From Nemertoderma westbladi (taxonomy: Eukaryota > Animalia > Xenacoelomorpha), in contig JAUCBJ010002696.1 in the NCBI GenBank assembly GCA_032718475.1, forward strand, positions 1 through 33,335: 33,335 bases of DNA, read 5' to 3'. The notes beneath the pieces are model-generated. The model was not told where the DNA came from. It ran no database searches and was given only the letters and a program-made list of their open reading frames with translations. Made by a program: the position numbers and the translations under genes. Below, piece after piece: positions 22,640-33,020 of this stretch; within the stretch, counting starts at the first letter, position 1, and every line of letters begins with the position of its first letter.

Positions 22640-23825
22640 GGTTACGCCGATGATAACCAACTATATCTTTCTTTTAAACCTGACAGTGAATCGAACGAGA
22701 ACGGAGTGGTAAAAGCTATGGAACTGTGCATTGATGAACTTCGCAATTGGTTCATAAACAACTGGCTAAAAATAAATGATACCAAAACGGAATTTCTAAT
22801 TATCGGTACTGATCAGCAACTATCGAAAGTAAATACATCATCAATTACAGTTGGCGGCCACACAATAAATAAAACTGACAACGTTCGCAACCTTGGCGCT
22901 TATTTTGATAGTACAATGTCTATGAACACCTTTGTCACCAAAACGTGTAGCAGTGCATTCTATCACCTGAGAAATATACAGCGAATTCAACCGTTTTTAA
23001 ACAAGACAACTACCGAGTCACTGATACACGCGTTTATATCGTCCAAACTAGATTATTGTAATGCACTTTATTACGGAATTCCGGACTATCAAATAGCGCG
23101 TCTACATAACGGGTTCAAAACGCGGCCGCTCGTTTGGTTTCGGGTGTTCGAAAGTTTGAACGCTGAAAGCACTGCATTGGCTGCCAGTAAAGAAGCGGAT
23201 TGAATATAAAATAATACTCATTGTTTTTAAATCCCTCCACAACAAAGCGCCGAAATACATCGATGAACTCATCAGCGTCTACCGCTCACCATACCATAGT
23301 CGATATACTGATGCGCTTGTACTCCGTGTTCCGCCGCACAAACACACCACACTCGGCCTTCGCGCCTTTGCAGTGTCCGGCCCAACCCTGTGGAACCAGC
23401 TACCGCGGCACATTCGCCTCACTCCAACAATAGATGAATTTAAATCACTGCTAAAAACGCACCTATTTAAGACAAGTTATTCTTATTAGTTCATTTTTTC
23501 ACGTTCTTTTCAACTCATCTTTATTTGTTTTAACCCCGCCAGCGTCGTTTTAACTCATCCTTCATTTGTTTTTCAACGCCAGCATTGGCTTTAAACTCAT
23601 ACGTCATTTGTTTATAGAACTCGTCTGTGTTTGTTTTAACTTGTCCTTCAATTGTTTCAACTCGGCCAACAACCCATTGTTTGTTCTAACTCAATACTTG
23701 TCTGTTTTTAATTATGACATATTTTTTTATTTTTACTTCATTGATTGCCTTTCGTGCAGCGCCTAGAATAATTAGTATCATTTTTAAATAGGCGCTATAT
23801 AAATTATACATTATTATTATTATTA
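22640..23825 (+). mobile_element. L2-clade LINE, 5'-truncated 3' end
   Basis: In-frame GYADDNQLYLSF...LKINDTKTEFLIIG...VRNLG...SKLDYCN, with a frameshift near 23105. It ends in the stem AGCGCCTA/TAGGCGCT (23758-23796) and an (ATT)n tail. Confidence 0.9.
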
Positions 23826-24142
23826 ACATTTCTTTCTTTGTTGTGGATATAGAATTTAGTTCATCTGTCACTGCGAAACTAACACATTTTCTCAATAAGT
23901 GTGGTTTCATAACATCACATATTCGCTTTCCTAAACTGCGTTCATGAATTTATTTGTAAACCAATTACAGCGAGAGTACGTTCGTGAGTGCGTTATTGTT
24001 GGGTGAATGTGTAATTGAAATTTTTTAGGTGGATTGAAACCATGAATAAATTATTACTTGGTCTTAATATATATATTTTATCCGCACCTGTCGCTCTGTG
24101 CACAATGAACCTACTGTAGCCGTGCACTACTGGTGATCTTAC

Positions 24143-24355
24143 CTGGGCAACGGCAAGAATAGCCGATAGAATCCAAACCAGTAGTATCATCATGATGCAG
24201 CGTTTTGTTGTCATTCTCTGAGTGTAGGAGAACGGCTGAGTAATTGCCCAAAATCGGTCCAAACTGATGAAGCAAAGATTTAGGATGCTGGCTGTGCAGC
24301 AGAGTATATCGGACGAGGTGAACAGCAAACAGAACCCACGGCCTAGTACCCAAAC
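24143..24355 (-). CDS. Aminergic GPCR exon (TM3, DRF motif, TM4)
   Basis: WVLGRGFC...SSDILCCTASILNLCFISLDRFWAITQPFSY, including the amine-binding Asp3.32. Boundaries ttacag|GTT and CAG|gtaaga, 213 nt. Confidence 0.95.
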
Positions 24356-25449
24356 CTGTAAAGGGGACATATTATTGCATTAATACATGCGATGCGACTA
24401 AATATGACTGCATGGTGACATGGGTAGTTCCATTATCTATATATGAATATGGTTGGATTGGACTGTGTTATTTCATCATCTTTCAATTCAGTCGAAATAT
24501 TGTACAAATAAATTGTACATTTAATGGTATTGGCTTTACAATATGAAACAGTAAGAGTCTACAATTATATAGTTAGTGTTTGTACATCTATCTGATTTGT
24601 CTTAGATCGCAATTACTTAAAGCAATGCGTAACAATTTGGCTCTAGCAATCAATTCGGGATATGGCACTAATGATACATTATTTTCGGCTTATTAAGCCA
24701 AGATGGCTGCAATTAAGAATGAAGTGTTTTTAAATATATCACAAATTATTATATACGGACTAGGTTGTATTTTCGTACAGCAAAGTCACTTTGAATGGAG
24801 TTCATCTAATTAGTTGACCTAAGCTTTTGGTAATGATTGAATACATTTACATGACAAAAAAAAACATAAATTGATTGATACCGCCCAGGCCCACCCACCC
24901 TCAACCCGTATTTAGTAGGCCTAATCCGAATGTTGACTATGTGGTTTATAAATAAGTAGTATTATTACTGGCCATCTGCATCTATGACCAGTTGACTTAC
25001 TGGGAGTTAAAACTTGGGATACGAGTAGTGCCCCGCCCTGATAACAATTTTGTTAATGAGATTTTTTTGTTTTTCACAGTCACATACATATAATATTTAT
25101 ATACAGTATATAAGGCTTGAGCAAAAACAAGGGAATTGGCCAGTATGTCAATAATACCTTTACATTCGCGGTGACATAAACATATAAACTGATAACGTAA
25201 AATAGGAACTATTTTACAATTTGAAAATTATTATTTTAGGTTGGGTGGGGGGAGGGGGGGGGGGGGGGGGGGTGGGCAAGTAGGGAGGAACCAAAACAAT
25301 AAATAAGAGTTTGGAATATAGATTAATACCAATTGTATCTTTATGGAGAAGCAACAACCATATGTAGCCTTCATCTCGAATAGGTTGCCGTTCGTCTAAA
25401 CAAAAATTGTAATATATCATAATGAAATTCATAGGGTGCATCCACTCAC

Positions 25450-25632
25450 CTGCATCAGCTGGTATGCTAGAGATATGGGCATAATAAATGATGCTACCAG
25501 TATGTCTGAAAATGCTAGAGATACTATAAAGTAATTGGTGCATGTGTGAAGTCGGTAATCTGTCTTCACTGCCAACACAACAAGAATATTACCCACGATG
25601 GACCACAATGTTAAAGGAGGCAACGTGATTAA
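25450..25632 (-). CDS. Aminergic GPCR exon (TM1-TM2); whole gene resembles invertebrate D1-like dopamine receptor Dop1R2/INDR
   Basis: SIVGNILVVLAV...LHTCTNYFIVSLAFSDILV. Boundaries ttctag|TTA and CAG|gtgagt, 183 nt. The subtype is judged from remembered motifs only, so an octopamine or adrenergic type is not excluded. Confidence 0.92.
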
Positions 25633-25800
25633 CTAGAAAATAACAAAATAATTGTAATTATATATATTTCTAATTTAAGTATAATTGGGGATAGATTTTA
25701 GACTGAAGATATTAGTGTGGTATTTCTTAAGATAAAACAATTATCCGAAAATATAATTAAATTTAGAATTAATTAATATACTACTTTTGGCTACACAAAC

Positions 25801-25974
25801 ATAGCAATTTGTTTTCCAAATATGAATATTATCACATAACAATTTGAACAACAGCAGTTTCGGGTTTCGGGTTTTAGCCTTTGTGGTTAGTCCAGTTTGA
25901 GGGATAAATTCATGTTCAGTGGTCACTACTGTATTGTCGACCCAGAAACGAACTGATTTACAGACCCTATGCAT
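25801..25974 (-). CDS. Candidate first (N-terminal) coding exon of the GPCR
   Basis: An ATG ORF with a possible phase-0 donor TAT|gtttgt would give ...IHIWKTNCY-LITLPP. The donor is weak and there is no N-glycosylation sequon, so this is tentative. Confidence 0.25.
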
Positions 25975-26487
25975 AGTTGGTCGGCACCGGATACGGAGGT
26001 CTTCTTATCGAAAAACAAAAAAGCAGAAATCCTTAACATAGTCTACATATCCAAACAGAGAAGACATATATGTTATTTTTATGGATCAACTATTTGTTAA
26101 AATCTCTGTTTTTTACTGCTGAAAAAAAGAAAAATTTATTGGAGAACAATAAGTAACCTCTGAACTCTCTTCCGAATCCCACACAAAAACAGCTCACAAG
26201 ATCCCTTTCATGATTATGTAGAATATGTTTGCTGCTATCGAGATCTGACAAATTCCACGGTATGACCCAAAATTCTAAAGGTTACTTTTCATGGGGATGG
26301 GAAACAACCGATGTGCCTTGGATACCAGTGATGCTTACCAGTAATGCTAGTAATTCCATTTTTAATACAACCTGGCATTACACGTACTTCTTCTGACAGC
26401 CTGACTTCTGACTTCTTCTGAGACCCTCAGAATGTATTACTTGATTTTTGGTATGTTTTGTCTAGTAACATGCATACATCCATATTG

Positions 26488-26590
26488 GAGTTTGGGGGAC
26501 ATGTTATAGTGCCGCGAGATGTTATTGCTCACGGGCACTAATGGTTCACATCTGAGTGCACGATAACCATGTCTGCAAGTGAGACATGGA
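26488..26590. mobile_element. Degenerate terminal fragment of the 685-1673 element family (opposite orientation)
   Basis: TTGGGGGAC..GTTA..GTGCCGCGAGATGTTA...GGGCACTAATG...AACCATGTCTGCAAGTGAGAC matches the reverse complement of about 1560-1673. Confidence 0.65.
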
Positions 26591-26706
26591 GATGGACATC
26601 ACCCTAGGAGGCATTGTTGGCTGTATCTATGCATGCACCTCTTCGGTCATGTACTCAGCCAGGTACAGTACATTCCCAATATATCAGCATCATCAAGACC
26701 AGTTCC

Positions 26707-27270
26707 GGGCCTGCTGCACACTAGAGATGCAAGATGAAAAATAGGACATCCACGATGTTCTATTTTTTGTGAGTTATAGAATACATGGTAGACTATCGGA
26801 GGCCATACACTAGAGATGCAAGATACATGATAAATTGTTTGAAATGTACATTAAAAAAAGAACAACTAAGGATACAAAAGTGCATCAAATATACCAATGG
26901 ACATGCGAGTATAATTTGCAAATTTCTTTGGATCATCTCGCAGTTGATCATATATCTTTACCATAACGCCAGCCACAGGTTTCTTGTAATTTATTTGATG
27001 TATCCAATGCTCTCATGAAATGAGTTTAGTTTGTTCCCACAAAATATATTCAGAGTAAGTTTCAATAACTTCATCACCACTGTCACCCATTGAAAATTAA
27101 ATGATATGTGGATGTCCAGGAAAAAAATATAATTGGAATAAAATTTAAACGTAAATAAATAAATATAATAAAAGCTATCAATATATAAAATAAAATACGA
27201 TGCATCTCCAGTGTATGTCCAGGAACGATTTTTGCATCTTGCATCTTGAATCTCTAATGCGCGGTGGGTC
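26707..27270. mobile_element. Old MITE with nested inverted repeats (possibly PIF/Harbinger)
   Basis: GGCCATACACTAGAGATGCA (26801-26820) and TGCATCTCCAGTGTATGTCC (27201-27220) match at 18/20 as inverted repeats. Outer pair TAGAGATGCAAGATG / CATCTTGAATCTCTA. The right end is followed by TTA. Confidence 0.6.
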
Positions 27271-29655
27271 TTAGAGCAGATGATTTATGAATGAATGTCT
27301 TGCCACCAGATTTCCTCGCAAGAAACAGCTGTCATAAACAAAATCATGAACAGTCCATTACTTACTAATCATCTATTGCGCCAACAGAGTGGTTGCACTG
27401 GAATTTGGCAAAACGATGTATTAAAATGCATAATTTGATAAAGGAGCATTGAATCCTCCTTCCTATAAACCATGAAGATTATCAAGGGTTTTGTTGAACT
27501 TTGAAGAAAAATGCAGAAGAGGATGCCATAAAGTGGCCAGGCTGACTAGACTAGTTACCATAATTGTCATGTTAATCAAACCAAAGACATTAGCTATAAT
27601 GTATACAAAAGTAATTAGTTTATCATCCATAGACCCTCCAGCTATTTAACGTCTGAGTGAGTCAGAATAATGAAAATTACCAGGATAATAGTTAGATTTA
27701 TTAGAGTTAGATAATAGATAAAAAAAGGGGGGGGGGGTTGGAAACTGACTGTTCATTGAAAAAAATTATTTCCATCAATATTGCACCATTCGCACTACAG
27801 CTAGTCACTGTGAGGGAATAGTTATGTACATAAATGTTGGCAATTGGCGGCGGGACAGGCAGACGAAACAACCACTGGAATCCGTCATGATATTTCTGTA
27901 GCAATTAAATCTATTTTAAGAATTGTATTCACTCCTCCCGAATGTTGGCTCTGTGCAATAATGGGCATCATAGTGAAAGTAATTTTAAATATAAAGGTTA
28001 ATTTGGTATGGGGTGAGTGTGTTGATATCCTTCAACCCAGTGAGTATAGTGCAAAAACCTTACTCTGAGATGGGGATGCATTGTGTAATATAATGATATC
28101 AATAAAATTCAGTAAAGGACGCAATGGTGTACAGTTTCAACCAACGGTTATCATATCAGATCCCTCAGGAACAAACATTTCCTTCCTCTGGCCTCCAGCT
28201 TAGGCATTATGTTCATGCGAACAGTGCATATGGGGGACATACCCTAATCGGCACAGGTAATCTTATATGACGCCAATTCGTGGAACCCTATTAATAATAT
28301 AACTGTCTTTCTGTTATCTGATATTGAGGTTAATCAAAATGTAAAAGCTTGTGCAGTAGAGCCTAATGCAGTATACCTCCCACGGGATATATACGTATAA
28401 ATAATATGTAGGCCTATTCCTTGTACAGTAAATATAAACGCCAGTCACTGCTACAGTAATGCATGGGTACCTAAATGTTCTTCCATCGTAAAGTTACCAA
28501 GCACGTTGTTAATTTTAAGTTGGTAGCATTATCGTATTCCTTTACTGGTATGTTTGTATGTGGGTGTGGCTCTCATAGATGTAAGGGAAGAAAATAACTC
28601 AAGGATGAGAATAACAAACCGAGTTGTAACGAAATACAAGACGAAAGGGAATGAAAATCAATTATCTACCAAACCAGAAATTCATATTAAAGTAAACCCA
28701 ATTAAAGTAGCATATAGGACGCCATACTGGGAAGAAAATTTTTGCTTTCAGGGTCAATGCCCTGATTAAATGACATTGTAATGAGAACGCCCTTTGATTT
28801 TTTTATTATTATACCAAGGGCACACATGTTAGTAGTTTGTATGTTATAATCATTAACATATAACATTAACATATAAACATAACCATTAACCTCAACCTTC
28901 ATTAATACAGTACCATTCTTCTTTGATTTATAAACCTCTGTGAGACAGAATACTGGAGAAAGTACTTTACTGTATTACTATTTTGACAACTTGTCGAACA
29001 AAATGGCAAACAATTAAAACTTTAAACTCTTTCATAATTCTCAAAAAACCACACTATGCCGTAGCTTCTTTCTTAGCTGTCAAATTATCCGACCCACGCA
29101 ATATATTTTGTAACAATGATATGAAATTTTACGAAATTTGTCTTAAAAAAAACTGAAACATTTGACAAACCATGCATATCAATTTTCAATTAATTTCTCA
29201 TTTAATGGTTTATTTTCAGGGACACCGAACTTAACATATAAACGTACATTTTCCAAATACATTAAAACGGATGCTGATATGAAAACGGAATTAGTATTTT
29301 CTGGGAAGAAGAAGCGAGTGGGAGTAGCGAAATTGAAGGGCTATGCCATATTAGGTAGTACCGAATTTGGCATGTTTAGCTTCTTAATAGAAAATGTGAT
29401 AAATTTTTTATGCATATTGACAAACAGCTATAGGTTTTATATTTCTATGATTATAACGAATACTGTTAATCAGACTGCTTCAATGCATACGAAAACAAAT
29501 ATGTTGTACTGTGTGTTGTATGTAGTTTAATCAAAGGATTAGTATGCTTAACAACATGATGATATCAATTCTTCTATGGGTTTACCACAATTACACAATT
29601 ACATTTTGTATAGTGTATAAAATTTTCCCAAATATTTTACCCACTAAACCAAGCA

Positions 29656-31280
29656 ACTACTACTACTACTAGGATCGGCATGCTGCATTGCAGCTGCATT
29701 TTTAAGAATGCTGTGCCGGCTTGTCAACAAAATTGTACCGCCACAACTCCCTATCACCCATGACATTTGCTAGATCATCCGCATCTTCAAGGCCAGTGTC
29801 CTTTAAGATGCGTCCTAAGAAAGTCATGGGCTGTCCACCATGCTTATTCACTCCATGAGGCTGCCAAAGTACAAGATTATGCACTGGCTGGTCCTCACGG
29901 CGAAAGCAATGTCCTGCAAAGCGGAGGCGATTTTGTTCTAGTGTCAAGCTTGGGGGAACCAATGAGACACCTCCAATGTTATATAGCGTTTGGTTGGAGA
30001 TGTGTGCATTGTACTTGACACCATGAACCCGGCGTAGCATTCTTGTGAATGTGCCATCCAGAGATTTGGTGTCCTCAGCAGTTAGAGCCCAGCATGGACT
30101 CCCGTAGAGGAGTACTGGAACTACTGCTGCTCTAAATAATCGGACCTTAAGTTTCCGATTAATTCTCGGTGACTTCCAAATCCTGGAAAGCCTATTCAAG
30201 GCTGCCCATGCCTTTCCCTTACGTATTCGAAGGTCCTCACCTGACTTCCGGATCCATGATCCCAGGTAACAGAAGTCGTCCACATGCTCAAGCATACCAT
30301 CCTTTGAGCTTATGCTCATCCGATCAGAGACTTGCTGAGGACTTTCAAAGTTAACTCTCAAAATTTTGGTCTTTCTGGAGTTAATAAAAAGACCAACACT
30401 AAAAGCAGCATGTTCTAATGAGCTGAGGAGCCGTTGGGCTCCCTCTAATGATTCTGAGAGTACTCCTAAGTCATCAGCAAAGTCTAGATCAGTTAGGTAC
30501 TTGGCAGGATTTCCTCGACTTCTGGAGCCAGTAGGTGGAGTTATCATCACCCCATCATCATTATGATGATCTAAGGACATGCGTAGAACATAGTCAACCA
30601 CAATAATGAACAAGAATGGTGCAAGTGTGTCGCCTTGGAGGACGCCCCATAACACTTCAAATGGTTCTGTGTCACCGTCAACAGTAGACACAAATGTTGT
30701 CGAACCATCATATACTGATCTGATTGCTGCAATAATTTCATCAGGAATCCCATATAATGAAAGTATGCTGAACATACGTGAGCGAGAGACTGAATCAAAG
30801 TCAACAAAGATAACAGCCAGATGCCTGTCTTTCTTTTTTGATAACTCTTCAATTATCCTTCTAAGTGCCAAAATGGGCTCCATGGTCCCACGACCTTTAC
30901 GGAACCCATTCTGATTTCCACGGAGCAGTCTCTCAATGGGATCCCTGATGCGATTTAATAGAATCCTATTGTATAGCTTTGCAGCAATCGAGTTCAATGA
31001 GATTCCCCGAAAAGAACCATAGAGTGTTAGGTTGCCCTTCTTGGGAACTGGCACCAACTTATTTGTTTTCATTTCTTGTGGGACTCTTGTTGTTCGGTAC
31101 ATGTCTACTATGATGGGATAGATGAGCTTTAAACACTCAGGTATTTTAAAGACCTCAGGGGGAACACCATCTACTCCACTGGCACGATTGGTCTTAATGC
31201 TCTTTGCAGCAGCCTTCACTTCTGCAAAGGAGATATCGCCAATGGGAATATCTGGGAATACAGACTCAGACACTTTTACT
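29656..31280 (-). mobile_element. RTE-clade LINE, copy 3 (longest, 5'-truncated before the RT, (TAG)n tail)
   Basis: An open RT frame, a very short 3' UTR and an (ACT)5 run at 29656-29670 on the plus strand. No APE endonuclease upstream, and an in-frame stop at 31330-31328. Confidence 0.95.
29702..31273 (-). pseudogene. RTE reverse transcriptase ORF remnant (523 codons open, GTG start, 12-bp in-frame deletion in a core motif)
   Basis: Contains PKKG, RGISL, QNGFR, GVLQGD.LAP.LF, DFADD, YLGS and RLRFAGHC. It reads VDFDS where copy 2 reads VDCFKAFDS. Confidence 0.9.
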
Positions 31281-31431
31281 TCTATAAAACTTCTGATACT
31301 ACTGATTCTACTTCTGATAAATGCTGGTTAAGTAAATTAATTAATTACTTTAATTACATATAGAAGTAATGTGAATGGTTTTGTTCTGAAGTATGGAAAA
31401 AATGAGAAAGCGCGCCACCGGGGGTTGAACC

Positions 31432-31477
31432 AGCGCTATACGTACGTTTCGGGCTAACAGGCCTCATTAGTAGCGCT
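31432..31477 (-). ncRNA. Hammerhead ribozyme copy 1, mutated core (CUAAUGA, G5A) plus stem II mismatch; predicted inactive
   Basis: AGCGCTA-CTAATGA-GGCCTGTTAGCCC-GAAA-CGTACG-TA-TAGCGCT, with substitutions at 31468 and 31453. Confidence 0.85.
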
Positions 31478-31738
31478 AACCAGCTCAGCCACTAGCCCCT
31501 GAACTTCTCACTCCCACATAATCCACTTCTATTGAACGGGCAGTCTTAAGTTGCATATATTCTATCTCTAACAGCGGACCTAACGGCCTCAAGTATGCTA
31601 GAGTGAAACAGGAGGGAAGTACAAATAAATAAATATTCAGCTCGGTATTGCTGCCAGGTGATATTAATTAAATAAATTGGAGATGAGCTGTTGCAACTGT
31701 AATTAAAGGTGTAATATTATGGGTTTGTTCAGAAGTGG

Positions 31739-31744
31739 AAAAAA
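31739..31744 (-). terminator. Pol III T6 terminator candidate (repeated every 340 bp)
   Basis: ...CGCGCTCCCA-TTTTTT, 16 nt after box B. Confidence 0.6.
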
Positions 31745-31760
31745 TGGGAGCGCGTCACCG

Positions 31761-31831
31761 GGGGTTGAACCAGCGCTATACGTACGTTTCGGCCTAACAG
31801 GCCTCATCAGTAGCGCTAACCAGCTCAGCCA
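31761..31831 (-). promoter_or_regulatory. tRNA-type Pol III internal promoter flanking the hammerhead (repeated every 340 bp)
   Basis: Box A TGGCTGAGCTGG (31831-31820) and box B GGTTCAACCCC (31771-31761). Confidence 0.7.
31772..31817 (-). ncRNA. Minimal type I hammerhead ribozyme, copy 2
   Basis: Stem I AGCGCUA/UAGCGCU, core CUGAUGA, stem II GGCC-UGUUA-GGCC, GAAA, palindromic stem III ACGUACGU and a GUA triplet. Predicted cut between 31779 and 31778. Confidence 0.92.
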
Positions 31832-32111
31832 CTAGCCCCTGACACTCACAGTCCCACCTAATCCACTTCTATTGAACGGGCAGTCTTAAGTTGCATATAT
31901 TCTATCTCTAACAGCGGACCTAACGGCCTCAAGTATGCTAGAGTGAAACAGGAGGGAAGTACAAATAAATAAATATTCAGCTCGGTATTGCTGCCAGGTG
32001 ATATTAATTAAATAAATTGGAGATGAGCTGTTGCAACTGTAATTAAAGGTGTAATATTATGGGTTTGTTCAGAAGTGGAAAAAATGGGAGCGCGTCACCG
32101 GGGGTTGAACC

Positions 32112-32157
32112 AGCGCTATACGTACGTTTCGGCCTAACAGGCCTCATCAGTAGCGCT
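32112..32157 (-). ncRNA. Minimal type I hammerhead ribozyme, copy 3
   Basis: Identical to 31772-31817. Confidence 0.92.
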
Positions 32158-32451
32158 AACCAGCTCAGCCACTAGCCCCTGACACTCACAGTCCCACCTA
32201 ATCCACTTCTATTGAACGGGCAGTCTTAAGTTGCATATATTCTATCTCTAACAGCGGACCTAACGGCCTCAAGTATGCTAGAGTGAAACAGGAGGGAAGT
32301 ACAAATAAATAAATATTCAGCTCGGTATTGCTGCCAGGTGATATTAATTAAATAAATTGGAGATGAGCTGTTGCAACTGTAATTAAAGGTGTAATATTAT
32401 GGGTTTGTTCAGAAGTGGAAAAAATGGGAGCGCGTCACCGGGGGTTGAACC

Positions 32452-32497
32452 AGCGCTATACGTACGTTTCGGCCTAACAGGCCTCATCAGTAGCGCT
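32452..32497 (-). ncRNA. Minimal type I hammerhead ribozyme, copy 4
   Basis: Identical to 31772-31817. Confidence 0.92.
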
Positions 32498-32791
32498 AAC
32501 CAGCTCAGCCACTAGCCCCTGACACTCACAGTCCCACCTAATCCACTTCTATTGAACGGGCAGTCTTAAGTTGCATATATTCTATCTCTAACAGCGGACC
32601 TAACGGCCTCAAGTATGCTAGAGTGAAACAGGAGGGAAGTACAAATAAATAAATATTCAGCTCGGTATTGCTGCCAGGTGATATTAATTAAATAAATTGG
32701 AGATGAGCTGTTGCAACTGTAATTAAAGGTGTAATATTATGGGTTTGTTCAGAAGTGGAAAAAATGGGAGCGCGTCACCGGGGGTTGAACC

Positions 32792-32837
32792 AGCGCTATA
32801 CGTACGTTTCGGCCTAACAGGCCTCATCAGTAGCGCT
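32792..32837 (-). ncRNA. Minimal type I hammerhead ribozyme, copy 5
   Basis: Identical to 31772-31817. Confidence 0.92.
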
Positions 32838-33020
32838 AACCAGCTCAGCCACTAGCCCCTGACACTCACAGTCCCACCTAATCCACTTCTATTGAACGGG
32901 CAGTCTTAAGTTGCATATATTCTATCTCTAACAGCGGACCTAACGGCCTCAAGTATGCTAGAGTGAAACAGGAGGGAAGTACAAATAAATAAATATTCAG
33001 CTCGGTATTGCTGCCAGGTG

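Noticed and set aside
27707-28902. Short minus-strand ORFs as GPCR exon 1
   Set aside because: I found no convincing phase-0 donor or receptor N-terminal character.
31570-31660. Minus-strand splice-acceptor-like tract (TACTTCCCTCCTGTTTCACTCTAG) in each 340-bp unit, suggesting a Penelope-type intron
   Set aside because: No matching donor or downstream ORF was found, so it is too weak to call.
31745-31838. Tandem functional tRNA genes, possibly with an intron
   Set aside because: The acceptor stem does not pair, there is no anticodon arm, and the T-stem is out of register. The interval is fully explained by a hammerhead.
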